Positions 33,803-45,139 of a stretch of 64,000 nucleotides of DNA are shown piece after piece. Origin of the DNA: Raillietiella orientalis. Taxonomy: Eukaryota. The position numbers and the translations under genes are program-made. Position 1 is the stretch's first letter, and each line of letters starts with the position of its first letter. Location of the stretch: the NCBI GenBank assembly GCA_036172245.1, contig JAYWIR010000038.1, positions 1,054,001-1,118,000 of the forward strand, given 5' to 3'. The notes beneath the pieces are model-generated. The model searched no databases. It had not been told where the DNA came from and worked only from the letters and a program-made list of their open reading frames with translations.

Positions 33803-36800
33803 TTATTCTCTCAGTCGCGGCGGTGCCGCAGGGACCGTTGCCGCCGCAGCCGCAGCCCACAGGGCGGCCTCCGGGTGAAGGGAGTTCCGGTTCCTCTCTA
33901 TCGTTAGCCTCCTCGCCAGGGAGGACATCACGGAGCCGACGGAGCCTCGGGGGTAAGTCCTGGACAGCAGCCGATCCCGGGTCAGGGAGTATCTCTTCTT
34001 GACCTCCTTCGGAATGAGGAAGATGGCGCTCGCCAGGCCCATCACTGGAAAGCAGAGGCGGGGAGGGGTGTGCGGGTGGCGAGGTGGCGGGGGAGGGGAT
34101 GGGGAGGTGGAAGTCCCGATGCATGGACCATCCTTTCGAAGGACTAGAGCTTAGGACCGAGATCCTTCTGAGCCCGGAGAGATCGGGGAAGGTCAGCGGA
34201 AGTTTGACCACCACTGACAGTGGGGAGGAGCGAGGGGAGTAGGGGAAGGGTAATGGGAGTGGCGGAGCGGATGTAGGGGGCAGGAAGCGGTGATTTACTG
34301 GGAATGCTGTAGCGCCTCCCTGCACAGTCTGGGCTCCGAACGAGGGTTGGGGAGGAGGGGTCGGCAAAGGGGGTGAGGGAAGGAAGAGCACTGGTTGATG
34401 GAGAGCCACCTTGAAGGGGTAGATCCATGTCGATGCGGGCCAGGAACGGAGTCAGGGATGAGGAGAGAGGAGTGTCCCCTGCCATCCGGGACCTCCACCT
34501 TCCCCCAGGGGCGTAGCGACGGTTCCCAGTTCAGCCACCTCGGCGTTCCTTCGGAACGAGAAACGGGGGAGGGGGGCATGGAGGAGAGGGGAGTGCAGAG
34601 GAGCCTCTTCCGGGGCGGCATAGGGAGGATAAGGAGTGACCTACCCGATGCTCCGAGAGTGAGAGCCACGAAGGAGGAGAGGTCGGCCACGAGCTCCGTG
34701 GATCCGTAGACGATCTGCTCGTGCTGCTCCTCGAAGTACGCGTCCGCGAAGAGGAGCTGAGAGAGGCGGGGGGTAGTGGCTTGGTGGCGGACAGTCCCTC
34801 CGGGGTCGAGGGAGAAGGAAGGATAGAGGAGGAAGAGGGGGAAGGGAAGAGGAGTGAGAAGAATGGAGGAAGAGGAAGGGAGGAAGAATGGAGACGGAGC
34901 TGGAAGAGGAGGGAAAGAGGAGAAAGGATCGAGGAAGAGGAGCGGCACTCACGGAGAACTCCGAATTGAGACGACTGGTCAGTCTCGTGTAGACGGAAGT
35001 GACGGTGTATTGGAGGTATTTGCAGGCCTGGGGGCAGCCGCAGGCCCTGATCACGGAGTTGGAGTAGCCCTTGGAGGACATGTAGATGATGAACTTGTTG
35101 ATCTGCCGGTAGATGTGGGAGGAGTTGCACTCCGGCTCGTCGGAGGGAACATCTTGCATGTAAGGCATCCTAGGGAAGGAGGGAGGGAGGACGGTGGGAA
35201 GGCACGTACGGAGCTGTCCCTGCCGCCTACCGGCACTTGTAGAAAGCCAACACGACGCGCTTGAAGCAGCGGTTCAGGCAGCTGCTGAAAGTCTCTTGGA
35301 TGTCCTCTTTGCACACTTGGTGATCGCCTACTCTGGAAGGCAGCCCTTGGACCTGCAAACGAGAACGAGGTGGCGGGGGTCATCCCAGGAGGAAGGGCGT
35401 GCGTTCGCCCCAACGATCGAAGGCGTTCCCGAGTTTTCTTCCTTCCTCTCTCTTCCTCCTCCTCCTCCACCACCACTGTGAAACGCGTAGGGATGAAGCT
35501 ACGCTCGCCTCCTCCCCTCGGTTCTCGCCCCTGGGGCAGCAAGACGCGTCCTTCCGCATCGTCGAACCCCTTGCGAGGGTCCAACGGGAGCGTGGGCTGG
35601 AGCCTACCGGATGCTCCGGAAGAACGGCTTTGGGGAGGCCGACCAGAGTCGGCCGTCTTCCCAAGAGCCCCCTCCCACGGGGGTCTCCACTCACCGGAAG
35701 GAGCTCAGATTCATTCTTGCTGCTGGAGCTTTCGATCGAATGGATGGAAAACTTGTTGTCTGTGGAGCCACTCGGGGTGAGCCACTTGAGGTGTGTAAGC
35801 CTCAGGTAGCCCACCCTGTATGAAAAAAGACCACTCTCCGCGTGCCTTGACGCCTAGTCCATGAGGGTACTGTGACGTCATCTGTTTACAGTTCGCTCGC
35901 GAAAGAAGGCGGTGTGCTTGTTTTAGCAACCCTTTCCCCACGCTGAGAGAAACGTATTATCTCACTATAAATAGATTGCCCGTTAATTTAATTCATCCGC
36001 TCCTTTCCTCTGTCGCCAAGAGCAACCTGAGGACATGCAGGGGAAGGAGACTTTCCGTCTACTGACCATGTGTCCTCCTCGGACCACGAATGTATGCGAG
36101 TTCGCATAGGACGGATAAGATGGAACTTGCGCAGATCGACGCGGATCCATTTTAGTTCCACTCGTTAAGATGTTGCTTGGCAGGATAATTTATCCTTTAC
36201 TTAGATCTCATTTGCAAGGAAGCATGCGTTTATCCGGAGCTTCCCTATCAAGAACTATTTACCGGTGGCTCCCTCACTGAAGGGAATGCATCTATTGCTT
36301 GTTTATCTTTAATTCATTAGAAGACATTTTATTTATCCACGTTTCTTCTCCCTCCCCCTCCTCTCGAGGACTACTACTTATGCGTTTCCTAATCGGGAGA
36401 TACGACTTCATCTTCATCGAGGCACCCCAAACCCGAGCGACCAGGGTCCACGGAGGCCGTCCAAAGCGGACCGTGCCCTGGTGCTGGAGTAGGAATTCGA
36501 GTAGGGATAACTCCCGCGTGGGTCATTCCGGTAGGTGCGCGCGAAGAAGCGAGGGAGGGAAACGTGGGTGCATTATGCGCGTGCGTGAACGATTCCAGCA
36601 CCATCTTCCGTGGGTGTACGGAGGCATCCCTTCGTCGCAATGCTCCTCAAGCTCTCCTCTGGAACCACCAGAGCACTTCGAACCGGGATCGCGCGGAGCG
36701 GCAGCGGAAACTTTCGTGCTGAGGAGGAGTGAGGCGGAGAGAAGGAGGAGATGAAGGAAGAAAGAGCGAGAACCGCATGAACGCGGTGTGCCTCCGTCTT

Positions 36801-38295
36801 TCGGATGATTCGAAGTTCACGGACGAGTGAATGCTGATACTTTTTTCTTGTAGAAGAGCATGGTTTTACTGTGTCCCAGCAGAATGGTTTGGCTGTTGAA
36901 CGAAAGCAGAAGATCGGGAGCGTCGAATGCTGGCTGCGCCACAATGTCCAAGATCATCTTCTGGGATGGGTTCATCAGCGACGCATCTGGGGAGGGAAGA
37001 ACCATCGCGTAAACTCAGGCGGCAAGACTTGTCATGGAAGAGTGCTTCGTACCGAACTCTATAACCAGCCTACTGTAAAAAGTAAGGGTATCTATTTCGC
37101 CCATGTGGAATTCCAGGCACTGCCCTTGGAACGTGGACACCTCCTTGAAGGTTCCATAGGCGTCACACGGCTTCCCTAGGATCGTGCACTGCAGCAGCAT
37201 GCAACTTCTCCGATGCGCCCGGGCACCCGAGGCGCGTTTACCTTGGATATCAGGCGCGATATGTCCAGCTTGGCTTCCTTCCAGAGCCTGCTCACGCCAA
37301 GTTTGCTGCAGAGCTCGTAGGCCGCGTTATCGTAGGTCTCCCTTCTGTTCTTCCCACGCGGAAGAGACGAGTTGAAATGGCGGGTCCACAGCGCCACCAG
37401 CGCCGTGTAGTTGAGGAAATACTGGGTTCCTGCGCCGCTGTTGATTCGACGGTGGTCGTGAGGAAGGGTGGGGAGGGTGCGGATCATGAGGAGGCGGCGG
37501 CTTCGCGCTGTTCTCCCCCCCCCCCCCCCAATTCATCGCGGGCAACGAGCGATGCTGACTCGCGCCGGATGATCGCGGTTCGAGGGCGGCCAAGTCTTTC
37601 GCATTTTATTTCTTCCCTCCCATCTGGTGGGTGAGCCGCCCTGAGCGCTTCCACGGACAGCAGCGGCAGCAGCAGTCCGCGCCGACCCGATTGCTCGTGA
37701 CCGTCGCGGACGGGTGAGCTGTGGTCGTGGCTCGTCCTTCTCGCGCTGCCGGAAGCACGGCTGGGGGAGGGGCAGGTGCGCCGACTTCTCGAGCGTTCCG
37801 GAACGAAAGCGCGCACCATTGAAGGCGCAGCAAGCATCCGGTCTTCCGAGGTACATCTCGGCGATGGATAGGACGGCCGTCATTTGAAAACGTGCGTTTC
37901 GAATCACGGGATCTCGTGTCCCCTTTCCCTATTCCGCAGGCATTAGTAGAGTGCAACCAAGCCGAGCAGCAGGCGACCGTTCCGGGAAAGCAGTTCCCTA
38001 GCAACCGAAGTCTCCCGCCCATCCCCCGTCCCGCAGTTCCGAAGCGCCGAAGAGGAAAGCAAATTACTTGATGTCTCGGTACACGTGTCCGCAGATGGTG
38101 AGCTTCGGAGGCACCTGGCTGAACGCCACCTTCTGGAAGACGCTGACAGTGGTGTGGCGCGCGGCGTAGAGGGAAACCCTCTCTGCGAAGAAGATCAGCA
38201 GAGCCAAAAAGCACAGCGCCAAGGGAGCGGTTTTCTCGACCCGCTTCCAGAACCTCCTGGTGAAGCACTTCCGTCCCGTGGCAAGTGGAGACTCC
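33803..38295 (-). CDS. DEG/ENaC (ASIC/pickpocket-like) ion channel subunit; exons 38295-38068, (unresolved 38000-37440), ~37440-37242, 37188-37053, 36986-36841, 35352-35231, 35169-34953, 34756-34645, 34044-33803; start codon not located
   Basis: TM1 (LALCFLALLIFFAERVSLY) is followed by PKLTIC. Palm motif CTILGKPC...FKEVSTFQGQCLEF, thumb cysteines (CLNRC...YKCRMPYM...C...CGCPQAC..LQY), then TM2 ELVADLSSFVALTLGASV. Resolved introns are GT-AG and phase-consistent. Confidence 0.88.
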
Positions 38296-41200
38296 CTACC
38301 GACGAGACAAGGAGTTCAGGTCATCGCCACCCCCTTTGGTTCCTCCGCGCACGCGCGCTCTTCGAGACGTCCCGAGTCGGGCGCTGCCGTCGCGCGCGTT
38401 TCGAGGTCAGCTTCCCGATCGGCGCGGGGACGCCTTTCCAGGAAGGGATGGCAAGAAGGGGGGAGAAGAGGAGGAAGGGCAACACTGCAGACCTAGGGAC
38501 CGAACCAATCGCAGAGGGGAAAGGGGTGGGGGACAGGTTGGAGCAGTCCTCATGCGGCCTTCCTCCCGGCTCTCACTCATTCCACGAACGAATGGCACAC
38601 ACTTTCACGTGAGAGGGTCACATGTCACCGCACGTGTTCTACTGAGGATCCATCCGTGTGATGACCTGCCCCCAGGGGGGTATTTTTATTTTTTTCCCGA
38701 GTTTCGCTTCCGCAATCCAGGTGTGACCTGTCCCATGCGTTCCGGAAAAATTCCCGCCCCTGACAATCACTAATGCGCATTGTTAGGACCCGTAGTCCGC
38801 TTTCCTGACATGGCGTGACCTCTTCGTGTGTCGTGTGCCTGCGCCCGCAGTCGCGTCCTTCTCGGGACGTCGGGTGGCAGCGGCAGCGGCGTGTGTGATG
38901 TTGCCCCTCATGCGGGCGTTCGGTCGATGGCGCGCGGCGTTCCCGTGGAAACGGGGGGAGGGGGGGAGGAGCTGTGGGATAGCGAGGCGCTCGCGCGCGT
39001 CCTCCCCGTGACCTCCCTCGTTTACCGAGAAGGCGCTTCCCTGGGAGACGCCCTGGGGGAGACCTCACCCGGTCTCGGCACAGAGCTTTTTGACACCTCT
39101 AAGAAGGGGGGAGGGGAGGGGAGGGGATGAGCTCTCTGTATTTCGTCTGCGGTGCGCCAGCTGCCCGATCGGCGGTCTCAGCTGCGCTTCGGCACTCTCA
39201 GAGCGCCTCCACCGACTCCTGCAGAGGGCCGGGAACCCGACGCATCCGGAAAGACGCAGCCTCGTCTCCCACGACCGTGGACCAGCAGGAAGGGCCCGAG
39301 GTGGAGGACACCCTCTCGTGCCGTGGCACCCCAGCCAACATCCTCTTGACAGGAGGGGTCCCGAAGAGCAGGGAGATTGCCGCGGCCACCTCCTTGCTGC
39401 TCGTGCCCCGGACCCTTAGTCCCTAACCCTCAAGGGCTCAGAGGCACGCGCCTTCGGGTCCTCCGAGAGCGGTTCATCCCTGTTCTTATTCCGTGTGCCC
39501 CTCTCTTCAACCCGCAGGTTCTCGCCGCTGCGGGGCACTGCGAGTCTTGCTGGAGGCAGAGCGGCAGGGGTGGTGGCCCAGTTGGCCCGAGACATGACCC
39601 CAGGAGGATCAGCTGACGAAGGCAGTCCGGACACCTCGGAACGGGGGAGGGCAAGGGAGGAAACTCCCCTCCGAGGTCTGCAGTCAGTCTGGGTCGAGAA
39701 AAGTCCCCCGCTCACCTCCTGCTGGGTCGTGGCGCTCTTCTCCAACACGGCAGGGACCCTTCCCCCTTACGACGACCTGACCTGGTCATCCCTTTTCCCG
39801 GGTTCTCATCGCAAACCGCATCATCGGCAGTGCTGGTCAGGACGGGGCTACCCCAGAGGCACGCGCAAGGTCATTTTCCTCCTGACCATCAATCTCTGCA
39901 CCTCGGAGAAGGGGCGCCGTCCGCGTCATGCGAGGCCCGAGGGGCTGCGGGGATCAAAGCTCCCACGACCCCTCCTTGGCCTCTCATTCCTCATTTGTTT
40001 CTCTTTATTTATCGTGACCTTCCCACTAGGGATACACCCTTCCCTTCTCTTGCCTGCCCACCTGACCTCTTATTCCTGGAAGAAGGAAGCATCCCGGGCA
40101 CGACCGTTAACCCCGATGAGTTGACCTCGCAAAGGGATCGCGGACGCGTCTGCTGCTCCCAAGAAGAGCTCGGAGGACGAGCGGCCTGGACGGTCGATGG
40201 ACTCTCCAGGCCCGCGACACGCAAGGGACCCCGACCCGACCAGATCAGTGGGGGCCGAATTGGCAAAGAGGGAGTCTCCAGGGCCCTTCCTCCCCTCCTT
40301 GCTCCCTCACTCAGGTCACTCACTCACCCGGGTCCTGATGCCTCCAGCATTCCCCCGCTGCGGCCGTCTTCTCCGAGCGGACCAAGGACCGCGGGCTCCT
40401 CCGAAGGCTCCCGGCTCACAGGAGTAGATTCCAGGCCCACGAAGAGGTCGTTGAGGGCGGCGGAGACGTCGAAGTGGGAGACCCGGGAGTCCCGGAAGTT
40501 CCTAGGTCCAGGCACGAGACGGACGCTCTCCCCCTGGGAACCGCTCTTCGCCACGCCAGCTCGTGGGGAAGTCCCCCGCTTTCCTCGCTTCCGGAAAAGG
40601 GCGAGATCCCGGGGCTGCGGGGTCCTGCTTTCTCCGCGCAGCCAATCAGCGGAGATGGCGCACACCGTAGAAAGCGAAAGTACCCGAGGAGTCCCGCCAG
40701 CCTCCGGTAGGACTCCTTCCTGATTTATTCATGCAACTCCCCTCCCTCCTCTCCTCCAGGACGATTCTCCTAAAGCGTTGCGACGAGCCCACCGGCTCTC
40801 TTCTCTCCCTTCCCTCTCCCGGAACCGGAAGCACAAGATGAGCCCTTCGGCGTGCTCCGGAACTCTACCGGGAGGAGCGTATGGGAAGGCAAGCGCGGTG
40901 GCTCAGGGCTCCTCGACACTTACCCCTAGAGGGGAGTCATCTACCTCGGGGGTGGCGGGACAACACCAAACACGGGCGGAGACCCGCGCGCCCGTCCTCC
41001 CTCTTCTTTATCCTCCCTTCTTCCTCTTCTTTTCCTTCACTTCGTCCTTCTCTACCCTTCCTCTTCTTCCTCCATCCCTCCTCCTCCCCCTTCTCCTCTC
41101 TTCTTCCTCCGCCTTCTCCACCTTCTCCTCTTTTTATCCTCCTCCTCTGCCTCTTTGCTTGCATCCACCCCTCCTCGGTGGCTCCGTGATTGCCTCCTGC

Positions 41201-41719
41201 GGCCCTAGGTGGCGTTTTGTCTTCGCGGCCGCTAGAGCCTCCTCGCCAGCTGGCGAGCGTAGTGTTGTCGTGCGGCTGCTTTCGTTCCTCTCCCGAATCC
41301 TGGTGGTTCCTCGAAACCGGCGGCCGCGAAGACTTTCGGCACGACCCCTCCTCGTCGAAACGCAGCCGATTTCGCGTCGACAGCAGCAGCTTCCCGCCCT
41401 GTATTTCTCGCGGTGGATGGACGAGGAGAACCTTTTGAGTTCCGCGAGGTTTGCCTCTCGAGATGCAGTGCTGCCAGAACTCGAATCGACCCTCCACCGG
41501 ATTCCGGGTTCGTGCAGCCGTTGGAGAATCCCTGAGCGCCTTCAGGCGCTCAGGGACCAAGCGGGTTCCTCCTTGCCGTGACCACGTCCTTTGCTCGTGG
41601 GTCAGGTAACTTGGCATTCCCAGGTAGGAAGTGACCTCCTGACCTTCATGCAGCCACGCAAGCAAGACCAAATTCCAAGACGAAGCTGAATCCGGGACGC
41701 ATCTGTTCCCTACCAAGCC

Positions 41720-41910
41720 TAAGAGGAACGGATTCCCTTCTCTGGAGCCTTCCCGGATTCATAGGGTTCCCCAAAGGGGTCACCACCTATAAATTGAAGA
41801 GTCACATGTGCCCTTGGGTGGCGTGGGCAGCGTTCAAGAGCTCTGTGTGTCTTCTCCTCCCTAAAGACGTGGACCAAAAAAAGAAAGGTGTCCACCTCAG
41901 CAGTTGGGGG
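41720..41910 (+). mobile_element. SINE 3' body fragment (copy F)
   Basis: GAGGAACGG...GGATTCATAGGG...TTGAAGAGTCACATGTGCCCTTGGGTGGCGTGGGCAGCGTTCAAGAGCTCTGTG...TCAGCAGTTGG matches the tails of copies A, E and H. Confidence 0.7.
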
Positions 41911-42619
41911 AGGGGTGCGAAGCGCATCTGCAGCCCCTTCAGAGGGCGGCCATCTTGGCTCCAGAGGAAGGCTCAACGGGCTCTCCTCGTCTGTACCCCG
42001 AGCGGCGGCGGCTCGTGGCTCCCCTCCTCGCTCACTGAGGTTTCTCCCCTGCAACGAGGGCCCCTGGACGAAGGGTCGGGCAGCTTCCCGAACTGAGCCA
42101 GGAGCGGGAATCTTCCGCGGCTGCTTCCGAGTTAGCGATGCTCTTCCGAGCAGCTGGGAAACGCCTCGAGGCTGCTCCGCCTTCGGTCGTCATGGGGACC
42201 GACATCCGAGGAGCCACCGCTGCGCGCCGCCTTCTCCGCGTAGGGTGCAGACTTCCGCCTCCCAGCCGTCCCATACTGTCCCTCGTTAGAAGGGCTGAGG
42301 CTGCTTCAATGATCATCGGAGGCGCACCAGAGAGGGCGAAAGAGGACCGCACGCTTCACCTTCACCTCCCTCTCGGTCGCGAGGAGAGGTGGACCCTTCC
42401 GCGTGGCGGAATCAAGAAGGGAAGGGGAAGAAGGGTATACCCTGTGGGAAGACTGCCCTTTCTGTGATTCCTGGAAAGTCCGAATCGTCTGGCAGATCAC
42501 TGTTGGATGCGGGGCTGGCGGGAGCTGCACGACTGCGGAACGTGGACGACGCAGCATCGCGAACAGCGCTGGCAGTGCATCGCCTGCCATCTATGATCTC
42601 CAGGATGAATTTCTGGTAG

Positions 42620-43378
42620 TTCAGCTGTTGTGACGCTGTATCAGCTGCAGCTTGGGAGGGAAGGGGGGGGGGGAATACCCCCTGGTGTAGGATCGTCGAC
42701 GTCGTCAGAACCGAGCACAAAGACCAGCAGGACACGCCCCTCACCGAGAAGATGCCCGAGAGCCTTCTAGAGCTCTTTCCGCTGCTCAATACGAGCATCG
42801 TCCATGATTGGTCCAAGGAACGTTGCCGTCCAAGGACGTTCTGCTGGAGGCATCGCATCTCCTTCGACAAGGCTCACATCTCCGCAGAGAGCGAGGAAGT
42901 CGCGTCATGCGCCAACGCGACGGGGGGGGCAGCGCGCGACACCATCTGCAGCATCTTCGAGGGGAGGAAGAGAAGGGGCACCGGGCCGGCGGAGGAGGAG
43001 TCTGCCGCACCTTCTGGGAAGCGCCTGCGCCGCCTCCCAGAAGATGTGATACACTTTGATCTCCCTCTCTCCCACTTACCCTTTTGTGCGTTTCGCCTGC
43101 TGCCCCCTCCTCTCAACCCTCCGTCTATGTGTGGCCCACCTCTGCTTCGGTGGCTCACCCTTCCTTTCGAAATTCCGATGTCCCATAGGAGAGATTTTAG
43201 CATTCCGCGTGTTTGTTTTCTTAGGAAATTAATGTCCTGGTGCGACCTTCCCGGATTTCCGGGACATTCATTTCGGGTGAATGAATGGAATTTCATAATG
43301 AGGGAGGCTCCAGCGTGTGCCGTCCGGAAACGACACGGGCCGGAACCTCTCGGGAGCAGAACTAGGAAAGGATGGTGA
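42620..43378 (+). CDS. Unknown ORF or exon, paralog of 43717-44604 (-); possibly a pseudogene (TAG immediately upstream)
   Basis: FSCCDAVSAAAWEGRGGGNTPWCRIVDVVRTEHKDQQDTPLTEKMPESLLELFPLLNTSIV...SIFEGRKRRGTG aligns with the minus-strand copy. Confidence 0.45.
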   Translation, partial: FSCCDAVSAAAWEGRGGGNTPWCRIVDVVRTEHKDQQDTPLTEKMPESLLELFPLLNTSIVHDWSKERCRPRTFCWRHRISFDKAHISAESEEVASCANATGGAARDTICSIFEGRKRRGTGPAEEESAAPSGKRLRRLPEDVIHFDLPLSHLPFCAFRLLPPPLNPPSMCGPPLLRWLTLPFEIPMSHRRDFSIPRVCFLRKLMSWCDLPGFPGHSFRVNEWNFIMREAPACAVRKRHGPEPLGSRTRKGW

Positions 43379-43716
43379 CGGACAGGCCCCAAGGAGATGA
43401 AGATGATTCCCGTGGACCTCAGCACGCACGACTGAAGAGCACGCGGCTCTGCCCGTGACGCGATCGGTCGTTTCAGCGCGCGAAAGTCTTGTTAGCGTGG
43501 TCGTGGCCGGATGGAAACACCAAGAAGACGGCTGCCCCGATGCGTTACTAAAGGACGCGACCAAAGTGATCGGCCGGTTCTCTGGGTCACGGTAGTGGTC
43601 CTCTGCACCGCTGCTTATCATTCCGCTCCTGATGAGTCTGTCCGTTTCGGGTTTTTTCTTCCGCGCAACTCGAAGCAAAAATTCTGGTCCAGAGCGAAGA
43701 ATCTTTCGAGGAAACT

Positions 43717-44604
43717 TCACTTTCCTCTCTTTTTACCAATCCTTCTGGAACTTCGAGGAAAGCTAAATGGAGAATCCCCCCCCCCTTCCTCTTTACGGTC
43801 TCTCTCTCCGTCTGCCAGAGGTTGCGGGGTCACGAGGTTCAGAACGGACTTCTGTGCAGGACTCTCCTGGAGCTCCGCCGAAGAAGCTCCGCAGAATGGG
43901 CTGGCGACTGGGCAGATCTGGGCGCGGGGGGGTCTTCCGGCGAAGCGGGCAGCTGACACGTGACTGGTCGGAGGACACGCTTGCCCGAGACGGAATCGAC
44001 CGCGAGGAGTGGAGGCGTCGGCGGCGCGCTGCCCGCACGTTCCCACCGCGTGATCCCAGCGGTTGGCTTCAGGTTTCCCGAGCTCCAATCTCTTGCCTCC
44101 CTCCGGGAGGGCCCGGTCGGCCAGCCCCAGATGACCCGCCGCACGTTTCGGTCTGCCGAGCTCTCGATGCAGTCCTTCAGGATCGCTGCTCTGGTGGTCA
44201 AGGAGGGAGGACGTGACAGACTCGCCACCCCTCCTGCTGTAGTCCTCCTCCTTCCCGGTGCCCCTTCTCTTCCTTCCCTCGAAGATGCTTCCCTGCTCTC
44301 GATCTCCGAGGAGAGAGGGCGTGGCAATCTCGCAACCTTTTCCCTCCGTGGACCAATAACAGACGATGCTTGAACGGAGCAGCGGAAAGAGCTCTAGAAG
44401 GCCCTTGGTCAACTCTTCGGTGAGGCGCGTGTCCTGCAGGTCTTCACGCTCGGTTCTGACGACTCCAGCAACCCCAGGCCAAGGGGTGGCTTTTTTTCCC
44501 CCCCAAGCTGCAGCTGACACAGCATCACAGCAGCTGAACTCCAAGTGCTGCACTTCATTTCCTGTTCCATCACCAGTGGTTGAACCACTCTGCCCCAATG
44601 CCAA
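43717..44604 (-). CDS. Unknown 295-aa ORF or exon, inverted paralog of 42620-43378
   Basis: LEFSCCDAVSAAAWGGKKATPWPGVAGVVRTEREDLQDTRLTEELTKGLLELFPLLRSSIV...SIFEGRKRRGTG. Differences from the paralog in the most conserved block are synonymous. Confidence 0.5.
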   Translation of the reverse strand: MALGQSGSTTGDGTGNEVQHLEFSCCDAVSAAAWGGKKATPWPGVAGVVRTEREDLQDTRLTEELTKGLLELFPLLRSSIVCYWSTEGKGCEIATPSLLGDREQGSIFEGRKRRGTGKEEDYSRRGGESVTSSLLDHQSSDPEGLHRELGRPKRAAGHLGLADRALPEGGKRLELGKPEANRWDHAVGTCGQRAADASTPRGRFRLGQACPPTSHVSAARFAGRPPRAQICPVASPFCGASSAELQESPAQKSVLNLVTPQPLADGERDRKEEGGGDSPFSFPRSSRRIGKKRGK

Positions 44605-45139
44605 TGGTCGCTGAAGTTTCAGCTCTTCGTTGAAATGGTCTTCTCTTCCGGCGAGACGACGGACAACGCATGGATGTCCCCGGATGCTAAAAGGTGCAAA
44701 GAAGGAAAAAAGATGGCGGGGTACACAACAGAAATGGGATTGCGTGCAGCCGTCATTTAGCCTGCAGCTTCACATCCATTTCTGTTCACAATCGCTTCCC
44801 TTTATTCCCTTTCAGCAGCGAAAACTGTTTTTTTTCTTCTTCTACTTCTTCCAGAGGAGCAAAAACCAGCATTCATCGGCAACAGTAAGCCAAGAAAGCA
44901 TGAAATCCAGATGCTCTTTGTCTTTGGCGACTTGGAGACCTATGAATCACGTGCTCAGGATACACGGCTGCGAGTCTGAAAAAAATCTCTTCAGAACTGA
45001 TTCCGCCATCAATCGTCCAGGATCGGAGTGCTCCATGCTTTTTTTTGGTAAGGAACACGGAACAAACTCTGGTCCATTTCTCTGCCGCGCTGGATGATGA
45101 GCTTTCAGCGCCCTGACGCGCTCACTCGAGCGCAGCGTC

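Noticed and set aside
33042..34409. Long GC-rich ORFs (33042-34409, 47463-48797, 53943-54929; intronic parts of 60086-61609)
   Set aside because: Pro/Arg/Ser/Gly-rich products typical of stop-poor GC-rich DNA, or read-through of introns; no domain motifs.
35694..35815. Extra DEG/ENaC exon bounded by CAG and GTGAGT
   Set aside because: Phase-incompatible with its neighbours (stop in the phase-0 frame); KKK|VQG joins cleanly without it.
37015..37017. In-frame TGA in the DEG/ENaC frame (selenocysteine, readthrough or pseudogene?)
   Set aside because: It lies inside a canonical 66-nt GT-AG intron (37052-36987).
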